A DNA stretch of 64,000 nt from assembly GCF_000002075.1 (NCBI RefSeq), contig NW_004797315.1:1573133-1637132 (forward strand), written 5' to 3'. The position numbers were made by a program, and so were the translations under genes. Below are positions 13,060 through 27,200 of this stretch, one piece after another (the first letter of the stretch is position 1; every line of letters begins with the position of its first letter). Origin of the DNA: Aplysia californica (Eukaryota). The notes under the pieces are model-generated. The model had not been told where the DNA came from and ran no database searches. It worked only from the letters and a program-made list of their open reading frames with translations.

Positions 13060-13700
13060 TTGATGGACGCTGCTTCTTGGTCCTTTCTGCAACCAAACAT
13101 TCTGACTCTTGTTATTCTCCATGCCTGAATTGTTTTAATTCCCTACCATGTTTCTGAGAACAATTCCCATCTTCTGCTAAGCCAACCCTTCCTCTCATGC
13201 TTTTCATCTTTGCTCTTAGAATATATTTTTCTAGGATAAATCATTCAAATTGATATGTTCAAAATAGTTTAGGTTCATTGTCATTCGTGCTCTGAAGGAA
13301 TGTTGGTGTTTTTATTACTATTCCCTTCATACTCCTTTAGTTTCTGTCTTCAGTATATTTTTAAAAGTCTTCTTGTCTCTTGATGGTCGTTGCTTCTAAA
13401 TATTGCGGTAGGAATACAATACTTCTTAGAATTTTTTCCCGATCATTGCAATGTGCTTTCCAGATTAACTTTATTTTTTCAATTCCTTTGACGCAATTTA
13501 AATTTTCTGGAATTGTTTTCTCATTCTCCTCAATCTTGGCTCCGTTGTATTTAAAATTGCTTTCTTGCTATTTCTTCCTCACTATTCTTATTAATATAAC
13601 TTCTTTGCATTTGTTTATGTCTGTCATTTCGCTTTTCTATCCAGTTAGATCAATTCCGTTTGGGTTACTGTGTTCGTTGACAAATTTTTAAATTAAAGTC
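13060..13700 (-). mobile_element. highly degenerate RTE-like RT C-terminal remnant
   Basis: broken translation NFKYNGAKI...LIWK...ILRSIVF...LEKYILRAKMKSMRGR resembles RTE FKYLG...GKR.RGR order. Confidence 0.5.
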
Positions 13701-14890
13701 TCTCATTCTCATGAGTTTTGTGGCAACCTCGCTCCAACCACTTTTTAGGTCCAAACAAGGATGTACTTTATGTGGACCAGGTGAGGTTTCATTTCAAATA
13801 GTTTAGTACAAGTTTAAGCTCTTGGTGGTCTGATTGTTCTGACTGTTTTGGTTATAAGATTTATTGCTATCCAACTCTAAACGTACCAATTCAATTTCTG
13901 ATGATGAATATCTTTTACTTGATTTGTCAACAAATGTCTCCTTTTGATAACACAAGGTAAAGTTAACAAAGATATAAAATTGGGCTTTCTTTGGGGACAT
14001 TTCAGTCAAGAGATGATGGTGTGACCCAAATCCATGCTTTTTTGGCAGATGCTTGTGAATGTAGAATTACATGTATTGAGCTGACAATATAAACACGCAC
14101 AGTGATCTTTAGTATTTTTTTTTCTTCTCAACCTTTACAAAGTATTTTTGTATTCATCCTAGTTTGGGTTTCTTATTACCGCAACGGTTTCATTAGGTAT
14201 CAGGCATGGAACAAAACTTCAGAACAATAAATGGTCTCTCTTTTTCTAACTTATAAAAGCACAATTTTATTTTGTCTTCCACAACTCAAAACGGCCCCTC
14301 CCCATTCCCTCCCTTGTGGAGGTCGGAAGTACTGGGCCTCACCGTGGCACAAGGGTGTAACACTCTGTTCAAATCAGAAGGGTAGCTAAGAAAAACGCTA
14401 AAATGTCTAGCAATAGCCTACTTTCTGGTTTAAACTTAGTGGCTAACACAGTACTACGCATTTAAAAAAATGAAATACGTGACTAGTAGCTTTTGAATTA
14501 AAAGTTATCTAAGACATTTTTCAACTTCTACCCTTTCCTCCGATGGGAATTGGAAAAAAGGGTGGGGAGTGGGGGGGGGGGGTGACAATTCAGCAGGCAT
14601 AATCTTGAACCACTATGTAATAACCCACCATGTACATAAGCTTTGATTTTTTTTTCTTTTGGAGGAGTTTTTAAGGCTCCTCACCCACTTGGTTTGGCCC
14701 CTATGGGAGATGGAGATGGTCGGGTCCTTTATAACTTCTATGTGATGTTCCAACGTTGACTTATCATACAAAACTTATATAACCCAATTGTGGTGCAATG
14801 CTGTAAAACTCTAATTAATAGGCTACTTGTCATATGCAAATGCGATAACATTTTTCGTTAATTGACTGTTGCACGGATTTGATTTGATTT

Positions 14891-14948
<58 letters not shown>

Positions 14949-15114
14949 CGTCCGAGTGTCTCTCTCCTCTTTGTGCTGTTGTCTGTCTGATCTGTCACCA
15001 TAGTTTTTCTCTCTGTAAATGGATGTTTGTGTTCTGTCTCTCACTATCTTTCATTCACTCTGTTTCTCTCTTTCACTCTATGTCTCTCTCTCTTTCTTTC
15101 TTTTTCTCTCCCAC

Positions 15115-15156
<42 letters not shown>

Positions 15157-15430
15157 CCACCCCAAAGAACTTCTTTTTTTACTGTCTCTTTTTCTATCTC
15201 ACCTTTTTTGTTTATATTTAACCGAACTGTCTCCCTATTTCTCTCTTTGTATCTCTCAATCTCTCTCTCTCTCTCTCTCCATCTGATTGTGGGTGTGTGT
15301 AGGTGTTTGTGAGTGTGTATGTGTGCGTGTATGATTTTCCTCACTCCCCCCCCCCCTCCACCTTTCTTTTTCTCTCTCTATTTCTCTGTCTCTTTGTCTC
15401 TCTATCTTTCTCCTCCAGAACTCCCCATCT
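13590..15430 (-). repeat. right arm of ~2-kb inverted duplication
   Basis: e.g. GGAAGTACTGGGCCTCACCGTGGCACAAGGGTGTAA mirrors 2883-2918. Confidence 0.9.
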
Positions 15431-17885
15431 CCCCCCCCCCCTCTCTCTCTCTCGGTCTGTCTCTCTCTCTCTCTCTCTTTCTCATTTTCACTCTCTTTTG
15501 TTTCTATCTCTCCTTTTTTTATATCCAACTCAACTATCTCTCTATTTTTCTCTTTATATAAATATATATACATACCCAACTGTCTCCCTATTTCTCTCTT
15601 TGAATCTCTCAATTTCAATCTTTCTCTATCTGATTGTGTGTGCGTATGCTTGTGTGTGTGCGTGTGCGGGTGTGTGTGCGTGTGCATCAGCACAAAATTG
15701 CACCTATTTCTAATGCCGTGAGTGCCTTTTCCACTGAAGCAAGCACCGAAATTGAATACAAAATCTTATTAGAGGCCACACTCATATCCAAGTAGATAGT
15801 ATGCACGGTGTCATTGAGCGGCGGATGTAAATAAAACACACAAATATACAGCCCACTAGATTATGTTGCCATTTTCAGAACTGCAATTTTTATAATTATA
15901 TCAACGAACCCGCGACACTTAAAAGGGTATAAGCGGCGGATAAAAGTAAAAATATCAACGAAGACCCTAAAACGTGAAATTTGTGGATCGCATTTTCTTC
16001 AGTTGCGGTGGGTAGTGAAGGGCTCACGGGCTTGAGCCCCTACCCCCTCCCCAACCACCACCCCCAACTCTATCCCAAAGTAAATGAAAGTTTCTCCATA
16101 ATGAAATAAGCAGTTGAAACCGTTATGACCGCACGCAATGAACACAGAGTGATCAACCTGGCGGCTTGCTCGCTTATCCAATCACTGTTGTCCCCGCTTA
16201 CAACTAGAGTAACCCAGCAGCCAATCAAATATCTTTAGGGCTCAGCAAAGATGAGCCCTTTTCCCACAGTCCGTCCTTAATGAAACTCTTCTTGTAAAAA
16301 GGTAGAAGACTGGGAAAAAATAACCCTGTACCGAGGGCTCACGCTCTCCTAGCCCTGGCAATGGGGTGAAAGTTTACGACACACTTTCCCCTACTGACAC
16401 AGATACCTATGCGCTCATTGGTTCTTTGTTGGGTGCGTTCAACTTTCTCGACTACACGGCCCAATCCAATCCAGCTCATAGAAGTATTATGTTTGAAGTG
16501 CTGTGTGTGCATGTTTGTGTTTGTGCAGCTGAGATTTAACCCTTATAACTTTTTCATCACACGAAAACTAATTACAGGAAATTTGGAGGTGAATCGGTTT
16601 CGTCCCCACCATCAACAAGAATTTAACTAAGAACACAGAGATTGAAAACAAAGGCAACTCTTCTCGTTTGAATGGTTCTCAAACTGCCGTGGTTCACTGT
16701 GAGTAAAAAATCATCATTGTTTAATTCTTATTGCTTGCTATTTGGTGGTAAAAAACTGGAAGCAACCCAAGCCCCACCCAAATTTTGGGTCACCCACCGC
16801 CACTGATTTTCTTCCATGATTTTGTCAAAATTTCAGTTCACAAAACTGTCAGGTCGGGTAGACAAAAAGAAGACCAAACTGTTAATGCAATATGAAGCCA
16901 CTGATATACATAACGAGGAATTCTTTGCAAACTGAATTCTAACGAAGAGTGAAGAGCTAGTCTTCTTAAGTCCAGAGTCAAGGAAAACTTAACAAACAAT
17001 TCCACAACACTCTATCATTCTCCTTTAAGAATCGAAAAGGGTAACTTTCAGGATCTGAGAGACAAAAAAAATTAAGATAATGAAAGATGACCATTCAGTC
17101 ATTCTCGGGGTATAGAAGTTTGATACACATACAAATCAAGCTCTCACCCCCCCCCCCTCCCAAAGCCCAATAAAAAAGGACATACACTTACACATAATTG
17201 GAGAAAGAAGGAAAGAAAGAGAGAGAGCACGCAAAAGAAGGAGTATGATTTCTTCATAAATTACATACAATATCCCAGTTGTGTAAGAATGAAAGATGTT
17301 TATAGTGGTAAAATAATGAATGGCTTTCTGTTTCACTCAGTCTGTAATTTCATACTCAGTTTTAAACTGGTCTTTTCAACATACTAGGGCCTCTAACAAC
17401 AGTAAACACGCTGCCTAATAACCGAGAATACAACACCGCGTTTCATAAAGCCTCTGATGAAATCATGACCGCATCAGGCGAGATTCGAATATTATATGAA
17501 AATCGTGAATCCCACACTTTTTCTTTAAAAAATTACCATCTAAGGTAAAAAAGTTTACGACAGTATTATTTCTAAAAGGTAATTGACTAGATTGATCCAT
17601 TTAGTTTTAATGTCTTGAACGCTAAATAATGACGGAAATCAGTGTTTTCCCTCTCCTGAATTCACGATTTCATCAGGCAACGGATGATAAGAAATCAGAA
17701 TCGCAAAGATGATATGAAGTAAATGTTGGCAACACAAATAAATACATAAAAATTTCAAAACAATGGTTAATACAAAATATCTTTAATGATTTTTCAAGTC
17801 TATACACAGGGTACATAAGGCAAATCGCTTTGGGCAATAAGTAGCAATAGGAAAGAATCACATCTTATACATAATTATTTGTATA

Positions 17886-18323
17886 TGTGTGTCATCGTGG
17901 TGAAATCAGGCTCTCGTCAAACTGATGAAAGCAAAGAAACTGGCATTTTCCTAACCATTAAGCAATTTTTACTATTTAAAAACAAATCTTTGCCCCCACA
18001 CTTTTTACTTTTAAGTCTATTTAAAAACACATTACAGTATGGATTTTACTGAGGAAGAAAAAAAAAAGGAAATTTGCTGTTTCCAAAGATGTTCAAGCTT
18101 TGGAAGCAGCACATTTTGCAGTCATATTCTTCGTTATGTTACCTCTGTCAAAGGTGACGCCACCTCCTTCAATCACAAAAAATCTTGACTTCTAACCATG
18201 ATAGATGAGTTGTGTTTTTTTCATCACAAGCAAGACTAATTAACAAGCTTTAAAATGATACCAATGATTCACTCCTCGTGCCAAAGTACTGACGAGAGCC
18301 TGAAAATACCATGTCATGACTCA
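17886..18323. mobile_element. family M MITE
   Basis: same TIRs, TA flanks. Confidence 0.85.
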
Positions 18324-19111
18324 TATAATATTATGGATTATTAATTACAACGTAGGCCATTAGTTCCACAAAGTGAAGTATCTCAAGAACTTTACAGTAG
18401 ACTATACTGCACTTTCTACTGTTCTGAGCTTAGTTGATTTTTTTATAATCAAGTAAGCTTAGATCGTACTAATTTAAAGAAGATCTCTTCCATAACTTGC
18501 GCTGAAAGAAAACAGATCCTTTGTTCAGAAACAGGAATGTTAGTTTGAATTTCAGAAATGACAACAACAGCATAAAAAACAGGGCCGACTTGCTAGATTT
18601 CTTTATCTGTTTCATATAAGACTGACTTAGATAAGTTCACCATCCAAACTATAATAAAATAGTCTGAACAGATATTCATTGTCACTACCATCAGGCACCA
18701 ACTCAAATTTAGGAATATCGAACAACTGTCACAACAACATTCCTTTATAGATGTAGATGGTAGGCATGTTAGATCTAGATAAATTTGGTAAGCCTTGAAA
18801 AACAAAAAGACGAGGCAATTTACTTCTCTCACTCTAGAACTATGAAGAAGAAAAAATGTCGGAAATTTACTGGATTCAATATTGACTTAGAACATGATAA
18901 GTAAATTTGATTTCACTCCACAAAACTTTGTAACGTACTCAGATGGTGGGCCTCCTAAGACCTTCTAATAGAACACCCACACCTGAATCTGTACCGTTAG
19001 TCAATATTATAAACACTGAGGAAACACACAGCCATGAGGAAAGATCTCTTCCAAATGCACTCAAGCCTTATACATCGACAAGAAACAAAACTACAAAGGA
19101 GGAGAAACAGG

Positions 19112-19462
19112 ATAATAAATAATAATAGTGGTATTCATATAGTGCATGTCCACGCTCTGCAGCATGCTCAATGCATTTTACAACTATTATTACCCCCAGC
19201 AGACCCTAGAACACAACTCAGGAACATTCTCGGCTTCCCTGGAAGCATACAGCGCAAGCTGCAGATTACATGCACAAAAACACTAACAAATCACAAGATG
19301 TTTCAGCATCTATAGCTGGGTACCCACTCCTACCTGGGTGAAGTGAGAAATATTTGTGTTGAGTGCCATTCCCAAGAACTCAATGTCGGACCCTTGACAG
19401 AATTTGAACCTGTTACCTTATGCTTGAGAGTGCAAGTGCCTTGCTAACTAGACATCAAGGCC
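19112..19462 (-). mobile_element. SINE family C copy (older)
   Basis: colinear with 46608-46965; tail fragment also at 34615-34687 (+). Confidence 0.8.
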
Positions 19463-19506
19463 ATAACATAGACAATGGAGTACAGAAAAGAGGAACAGCA
19501 ACAATT

Positions 19507-19583
19507 TGAGGTGGAAGGTTTCTATCACTGTGAGGTGGAATGTTTCTATCACTGTGAGGTGGAATGTTTCTATCACTGTGAGG
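19507..19583. repeat. 24-bp unit x3 tandem repeat
   Basis: TGAGGTGGAATGTTTCTATCACTG. Confidence 0.9.
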
Positions 19584-19598
19584 AGAGAGCACTAAATA

Positions 19599-20038
19599 TT
19601 TGAAGCATCATGATGAAATCAGGCGCTCGTCAAAATAATGAAATTAAAGATACTGGCATTTTTTGCTGGTTTGGCAGTTTTTATCGAAATTTTGTTTTTT
19701 TGGCTCAACACCTTTTAATTATGTCCATTTAAGAACCCATTTCTGTGTAGATTTTACGGAAAAATCGTTTATTAAAGGCACAAAAAATGTAAATTGTCGT
19801 TTTCCACAGATTCTCAGGCTACGTAATAACCAACCTTTGGCACCTATTTTCTCTCTAATTTTAAAACTGAAACCAGGCGACCCCTCCTCTTTCCATCGCA
19901 AATATCCCGACTTGTATTCAAGATAAATGGGCATTTCCTTCATCAAATGCAAGACAAATGAACAAGCTTTAAGGTGATACCAATTACTCTACATGGCCAA
20001 AAATTGACGAGCGCCTGATTCTACCGTATCGTGACACA
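19599..20038. mobile_element. family M MITE
   Basis: same TIRs, TA flanks. Confidence 0.88.
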
Positions 20039-20156
20039 TATTGTACAGTCATCTGTCACACAAGAGGAAAAAAAGTCACACACATTTTTTAACGTAAACA
20101 AGGTGCAGCAATTCAACATGTAAACCATTCCCTCATCTCTCTCTCCGTTTAGACAT

Positions 20157-20190
<34 letters not shown>

Positions 20191-21267
20191 CACACACATG
20201 CACACACACACACGCACAAGCTACATAAAAGGACTGGTGGGATGAGCAAATTGATTACCAATCATTCATCACAATCGGTAACCATGGTAGCAAAATGCTT
20301 AGCTACAAACCATTCACATTGAATCAATCACATAATAATTTGCATATATATGCTTGTAGACTTGCAGTTTTAAAAAAAAAGGGGGGAAAGTGTTTCGCGT
20401 AGAGAACTTGACCACAACTTTTATAATTGTGTAACAAACTCCAATCAGTAATAACAGCTTATCTTTGCTTAATATACATGTTCTGGGTTGTTCTTTTCCA
20501 AGAATACCTGATATTTTTTTTTAAAAAGGGAACAATAGTTTATCTTTTCAACTATTATTTGTTTACATATTTTTTTATATTCGTGGGAAACATAAAGACA
20601 AATTGTTTGACAATATAAAAAAGGTAAAAAATGGTTCCTTTTGACAAAGTGCCATGACACAAAAGGTAGATTAGAGCTAACTAATTTTGACAAAAAGTTC
20701 CATGTCAAGCATTTGATATACGGTATGACATCTTTTAAAGTTTGTTTCGCCAACAGCTTCTAGTGTTGACAATGCTGAAATCTTTTCTTCCGTCATAGTC
20801 TATACACAGGACATTGCTGATAAAAGTTTTTAAAAATAAATGTCAATGACTTGTCTGGGCCCCTGAAGTGACATTATTGTCAGAATTATATTAGCCTATA
20901 CTATCACAAACTTGATTAGAAAGGTCTAACAACACTCTCAGTAAGAACACAATTCACACAAAATCTATTTTTACTGCGATTTACACCAGGAATTTTTTTT
21001 TTTGCACTTTTAAGAGTGATAACAAACAAAAAGTCCCCATCTGCAAACAATATTGACCAACATTGGTTCCCAAAAAGATAAAAAAGTTTCGCCGACAAAC
21101 TGATGTTTCACAATTAGAGGCTGCATAAATTATCAGTTAATTTTTTCCATCCTTTGTCTACTACAAAAGTCTTGATGGAGGTGGACAGAAAAGTGTTTTC
21201 ATCCCTTGGAAAGTTCACAGCAGTGCCAACAGCCACAGCACCCATTCACGTAGAAATTAAAGTAGTC

Positions 21268-21284
21268 TCAATCTTGAACTAAAT
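21268..21284 (-). CDS. probable terminal coding exon (YLVQD*)
   Basis: strong polypyrimidine acceptor TTTTTTTTGCCTTTCATTTCAG, phase fits; alternatives exist. Confidence 0.55.
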
Positions 21285-24200
21285 CTGAAATGAAAGGCAA
21301 AAAAAAACCCACAACTGCACATACATATCTAAAAGCACAAGTGAATTTCTTTTTAATTGTAAATTGAAAGTCAATATCATTCATTCTTTTGATATGAATC
21401 ACCAAAAAAGAAACTCATTGAAAAAGAAAGTCAAAATGCAATAACATCATCAAAAGACAGCTCGCGTCCTGTCGCTCTTGCACCATCAGTGCAATCTTAT
21501 TCTTCTTCAGGTGTCAAATTTGGAGCAGAAATTGACAGTCCTTCCTGCTGTTAGTCGAGTCCTTCTGATTAGACCATTGTTCTTCTGATTGTGCTGTTTG
21601 CCGTACAGCTAATTAGGCCATCTGTGTATGTTGTTCCCTGTCTTTCTCTGCTCTTTTTTCCATTTACCACTTTTTGATACATCTCTGGTTTCCATCAAGA
21701 CCTCTCCTCCTTTAAATTTTAAACATCCTGTTTTGAGTCAACATTTCTTTCCCAACACAACTTAATCCTTTTGGTGCATAAATTTGCTATTTTTGATCGT
21801 TTTATTTTCTATTTCTTCACATTGAAAATGTATCCATCTGTCTGTGGCTTCATTGCATTTCTTTTTCACCTATCAATCTCTTTCCCTATATTTCTTTTCA
21901 AGTACCAAGTATTACTGGAGTTATCTACTTTTTGTATTTTTCCCATTAGGTGATGGATATGTGTGCATCGGCTGCTTTTTGAAGATTTCCTTCCATTTTT
22001 TTCCACTTTTCTTCTGTATTTATCCGATTTTCAAGCAACTCAAACTCATCCTCGACCTCTAAAGGTTATTTTATCTGCATTTTTTTCATCAGTATACAAA
22101 AGGTCTAGCTGTAATTTTAGTAGTCTTTTGCTCTTCTATACATTTTTTTAGTTTGAGTTTCACTCTTTCCACAACAGGCATGTGATCATTTCCATAATCT
22201 GCTCTTGGTATCGTCTTACGTGATGTCATTAAAATCCTAAAGCATTCTAGCATAAACGTGTGTAGTTTACTTGGTTTCTCACTTTGGCCCCAGGTCTCTT
22301 CCATGTTTAACATCATCTTCTTGAGCAGGCTCTTCAAACAAGTTTCATCACAGCAAGTTGTGTTCTTTGCACTATTCTACAAGCTTCTCATCTCTTTCAT
22401 GACATCACCAATTCTGAGCATTTGAAAGTGCTCTCAATTCTTCTTTTTCCAGTTTTCCATTGAATTGAAAAGAACAAGAAAAATGCTATACATTACCTAC
22501 AAATAAAAAAAGATGGATAGTAAAATTATACTGTCACTTCAAATATATAGCATCAGTTTTAGGGGGCAGAGTCTGCCCCCAATCTTACCAACAAATTGGC
22601 CTGTACGTGAATAAATACAGAAGCAAATATTCATAATCCACCCTGCTACCCCATCCATAAAAATGAGATGATATGAAAGTCAGTTCCTAAATAGTACTGT
22701 TTATGTCCATTAACACTGATGGAGTATTAACTTCTGTCTGGTAAAAAGAAATGAAAGTAAGCTTTGTAACACGTAAGCGAGAATGTTTAAAATACTTACA
22801 TGTCTTCTTGGTTTTCATGTATTTTTTGTAGCTGTAACACAGAGAAAAAAGAGCACAATGTAAGTTAAAGATAATAAAAATATTGAAACAGTTGATTTTA
22901 CAAACCTTTTCAAAGTATGATTTTGAAAGAAGAAAACAGAATAGATAGATATAGCCTTTCATCCCGCTATATAAAATATTTACCACAGATCAAACAATAA
23001 AAAAAGGGTAAAAAAATTGTAAAGGTTGACACAGAAAAACAACAACACACGAATGAAAAAATGGTTAAAAAGTAGCAAATATATCACTCTAACAGATTGC
23101 TCTTGAACAAGCTGCCACTTTATTTTTCATTTCTTTTTTTGTGTGTAAATCTTGCAATGAAAATAAATATTAGTTGTATTTATATCAACTTACTAATTTG
23201 GCAATGTCTACCTCAAGCTACTTTTCTAGCTATAATCTCCAATACCTTTCACCTCAAAGTTCATATATTATTATTATTTTTCTAACATTTCCCTTCCGCA
23301 AAATATAAACAAGCATGTTCAAGGAAATAACCTCTCATTTATCAACCACCACCTTCTTTTGTCTACTATTTCATCAAATTCTTCTTCTTTTTCCTACTTC
23401 TTCTTCTCAAACTCCGTCTCTTTTAGTGCTCACCTGTTAGATCTCAAGAGCAGTCAGCTGCAATTTCTTCAACCCAACAACAACTGACTGATATACACTG
23501 TCCTATTTTTTCATTTGTATGTCCTTGCGTGCCAAAGTACTGTTATCAATTATCTATACCCACCAAAATTACATCAGCTTTTCAGAAAGGAATAATTTTT
23601 ACTTGAGACCTTGAATTTGAAATTGCCAGAGTGTTTTTAACATACTGATGGTGTTACACATGTAACTGAAAGAAAGAACTCTTGGTAACTTATTTTCTTC
23701 CTACAACCAATGCCCAGATTGATTTGCCGGTCGTCCAAAACAAACTACTAAATTGGTGCACACCAATAATCAGACCAGTCACCTCAGATGAGAGAAGATT
23801 TTTTAGAAGTCCAACAATAACTCCCTTATACTTTCAAAAGCTAATTACCGAGTTGAAATCAAAGCACTGCATGGGTCAATAGAATTGATTTGGCAAAAAT
23901 CCAAACTTTTAAAAGGATTGGTACACTGTGCACAGATTTTGGGACATATTCTAAGAAGGCCTTGGCTTTGCTAAGGCGTGATTGTTACACAAGCTCAAAG
24001 ACACACAGAAACATACTTGTGCACATATATAAATATACACGACATACACATACATACACATATACACACACCCAAATACAACAAACAAGCCCCCAAACAC
24101 ACACGCATACCCACGCATACACACACACGTGCGTGCACAAACACACATGCACCCACACGCACGCACGCACACACATGCGCGCACATACACGCACACACAT

Positions 24201-27200
24201 ACACACGCGTACACACACACACACACACACAGACACAAATCCCTTAGAGTTACTTACTTTTTGTACAGCACGATGGCCAGAATGATGAGGATGACACAGC
24301 AGATAAACATAAAGATGGCCACGGCCACCAAGACCCACCACAGGTCCCTCCACTTCAGCTCATCTTCCGATGACTTGGACGGGTAGCATTGCTGTTCAAG
24401 ACAAAAGAGTGATTGTGATAAAACGAGAACAAGAAGACTCTTTATATCAAAATAGTACATAGTTTTCCTAACAAGAAAAATAACGAACATATCACTGAAT
24501 TATATTTCCCTCTTTTAAATCAGTTACAACGAAGAGGTAATTTCAGCAGTGGTAAGCGCTGCGGTGTAAAATAATACTTAGAAAATGAATTAAACACAAG
24601 CGCCCCCCCCCCCCCCCCCTCCCACCAAAATAAAACCTGATGAAAAAAGATAATGATTTGATTCTCACTATAAGACTATGATTATTATAATAATAATAAT
24701 AATTATTATTATTATTATTATTATTATTATAAGCAGTATGAGTGAAGTATCAATGGTTATTCAGACTCTGGTAAAATATGAACAAATTTTCATCGGAGCA
24801 CACAAAGACTTAGGTTTAGAACGTACCCCTCGGTCAATGTATTTGTACGTGGCATTCTTCAGCACATCACTGAAACCCTTCTGCTCCATCAGGTCCACAA
24901 CCTGGCGGATGTTCAGGATGGTCTTACTGTCAACGTCTGAGGCCAAGAAGCAAACGTCCGTCCTGCAACAACAGCAACAATAAAACAGTACGGATGAGAC
25001 TCGTAGACACTGAATTGTAATACGAAAAAATTATGGCCAAAAACTCGTAAGATAACACTGAGCCAGTCACTCACCGAAAGGAAAACAAAATATGAAGAAC
25101 TTGTCCTCTTTCTTCGAGTGTCCATCAGTATCGATGATGACTACAGTAAAGAGTCATAAAATTCTACTGCAACACCTGAACTCAGAACACAGGCTCAAAG
25201 GCCATTCAAGGTAATGAAACCATCACTTACAAGCTAGCTAAACAGAAACCTTACAAATTAGAGCTTGTCATCCCCAATCCTCCCCACCCCCTAAAAAAAA
25301 AAGAGAGAAAAAGATCAAGAGGAAGTCGGGCAACATACCTGGCAGTGTTTGAACCAGACTGTGATCTGTGTTCCGAGACACTAAGGAACTGCAAAGTATA
25401 CCTTGGTGAGACAGCACTCAGACCACTGAAAAAGAAACCACAATGAAAGAATAAGCTCTGGACGATCAGCACAAGACAATACACTTGATTTTCCTTGTAG
25501 ATATTCCATGTGAAGGAAAGAACAATGAACATCACTATCCATTTTAATAAATGCAACATTTCAGAGCCAGACTCCACAGAAAAAAAACAAAAACTCAGTA
25601 CATAAATAGTAATACAGACCTTTAATTCACAATAATCAAATGCCAGTAACAATAGAAGACCGGATACACATCGTCGGCTCGCTGTTCAAATTATGTACTG
25701 AGCTCAAAATTTTGAATTGCTCTTTCAATTACACTTTCGTAATCTGTGATAACGGTAGCATGTGCTCTTAAAATGATTTGTTCAAATTCAAATCCTAAAC
25801 ATTAGAAGAAAACAAAGAAAAATACATAATGCAGATACAATTAATCATTAAAAGAATGAAACCGTTTGTTCTCTCTCATTCGTACATTTCAACTGCTTGC
25901 TAACAAAATGTGGGTCAGAGAGAGGGAGGGCGCAAAAGGGACCTTCTTTTACTTCATTTGATTTCAACAAATTTTATTTGAGTAGAAACATAGCATAATG
26001 AGTCGTTTGTGGCAATCGGGTTGTTTTGTTTAGATATATCGGGTAAAAGCTTGGTTTTCTATAAACTATGTATGACTGTGTGTCTCCCCGACTTCAGATG
26101 ATTATAATTCTAGAAGACTAATACTGTTTTCACCCACTTGTAGGGCTTGAAAAAAATCTGAAATCTGATAAGAGTAATGTTATGTCATCAAAAGGCAACA
26201 TGAGACCAATTATGTCATGTTGCTACACATTTCACTTTTAAGTATTTTGTACACTTTCTATACCGGTACAGAGTGAATTTTGCATTCCCAGTTGCAAGGA
26301 CCCTTACTAGCATATTATGAAGAACACCATTTAATACAACTTACTTAATCAAAACCAAATGTCCTCTTATACAAAATTAAATACATTGGGGGGGGGGGGG
26401 GGGGGGGGGAGACCTCCAGTGGATAAATGAGTAGTGAGTTTAGAGGTATGTTTGCCATAGTAAAACAATTTGCCCTTCCTCCATCAATAACATTTTTAAA
26501 ATTTATTTATTTTCTTATACTATTCATGACAATAAACATGCAAGATTCCTATTTTCATTCCACTTCATCAGACACATATTTATCGTCTTTGCACAAATTC
26601 TAGAAAGCTGACCTCTAGTGCAATAAATTCTAATACAATAAAAACAGTAAACTGATCAAAATAAAAACCTTGATAAAAAAAACTGAAAGACATCATATAG
26701 AATGGCTAAAATTTTCTCCTTAACAAAAAAAATAAATAATAGCAGTTATCCTTTCTCAATGAAAACATAACACAAAGTTGAAACTTAAAAAAAGAAAGCA
26801 ACCTCTCTACCCCACACACAATCTCAGCTCACCTGATGAGAGGTTCTCCCAAACTATAGCCCTGACTGGCTGGAACCTTGAGAACCAGCTTTACAGCTTG
26901 TCCAAGTTCATAGACGTAGATCTGGAAAATATGGAAGGAAAGGGGGAAAAATTTTAAGAACTTACGGTGGAAATGGTTGTAAATGTTTAAAGCACTGTGC
27001 ATAACGATTTAGATCATTTAGGAGGCTGGTTGCTTCCACCAAACCTGCCAGACAGGGGCAACCTGGGCTGATTGAAAGATAAATTGTCCCAGCTAACCAA
27101 TAGAGTTACATTGTGTACCAGAACCTCCAAAAGAGGGAATCATAGTCACATCATCCGCATCAAAGAAGAGTATAACCAGAGGTGTTGGTCACATATCTGA

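Noticed and set aside
17454-17492. CTGATGA-AATC...GATT-CGAAT hammerhead-like string
   Set aside because: GAAT instead of GAAA, an extra base, and no convincing stems I/III.
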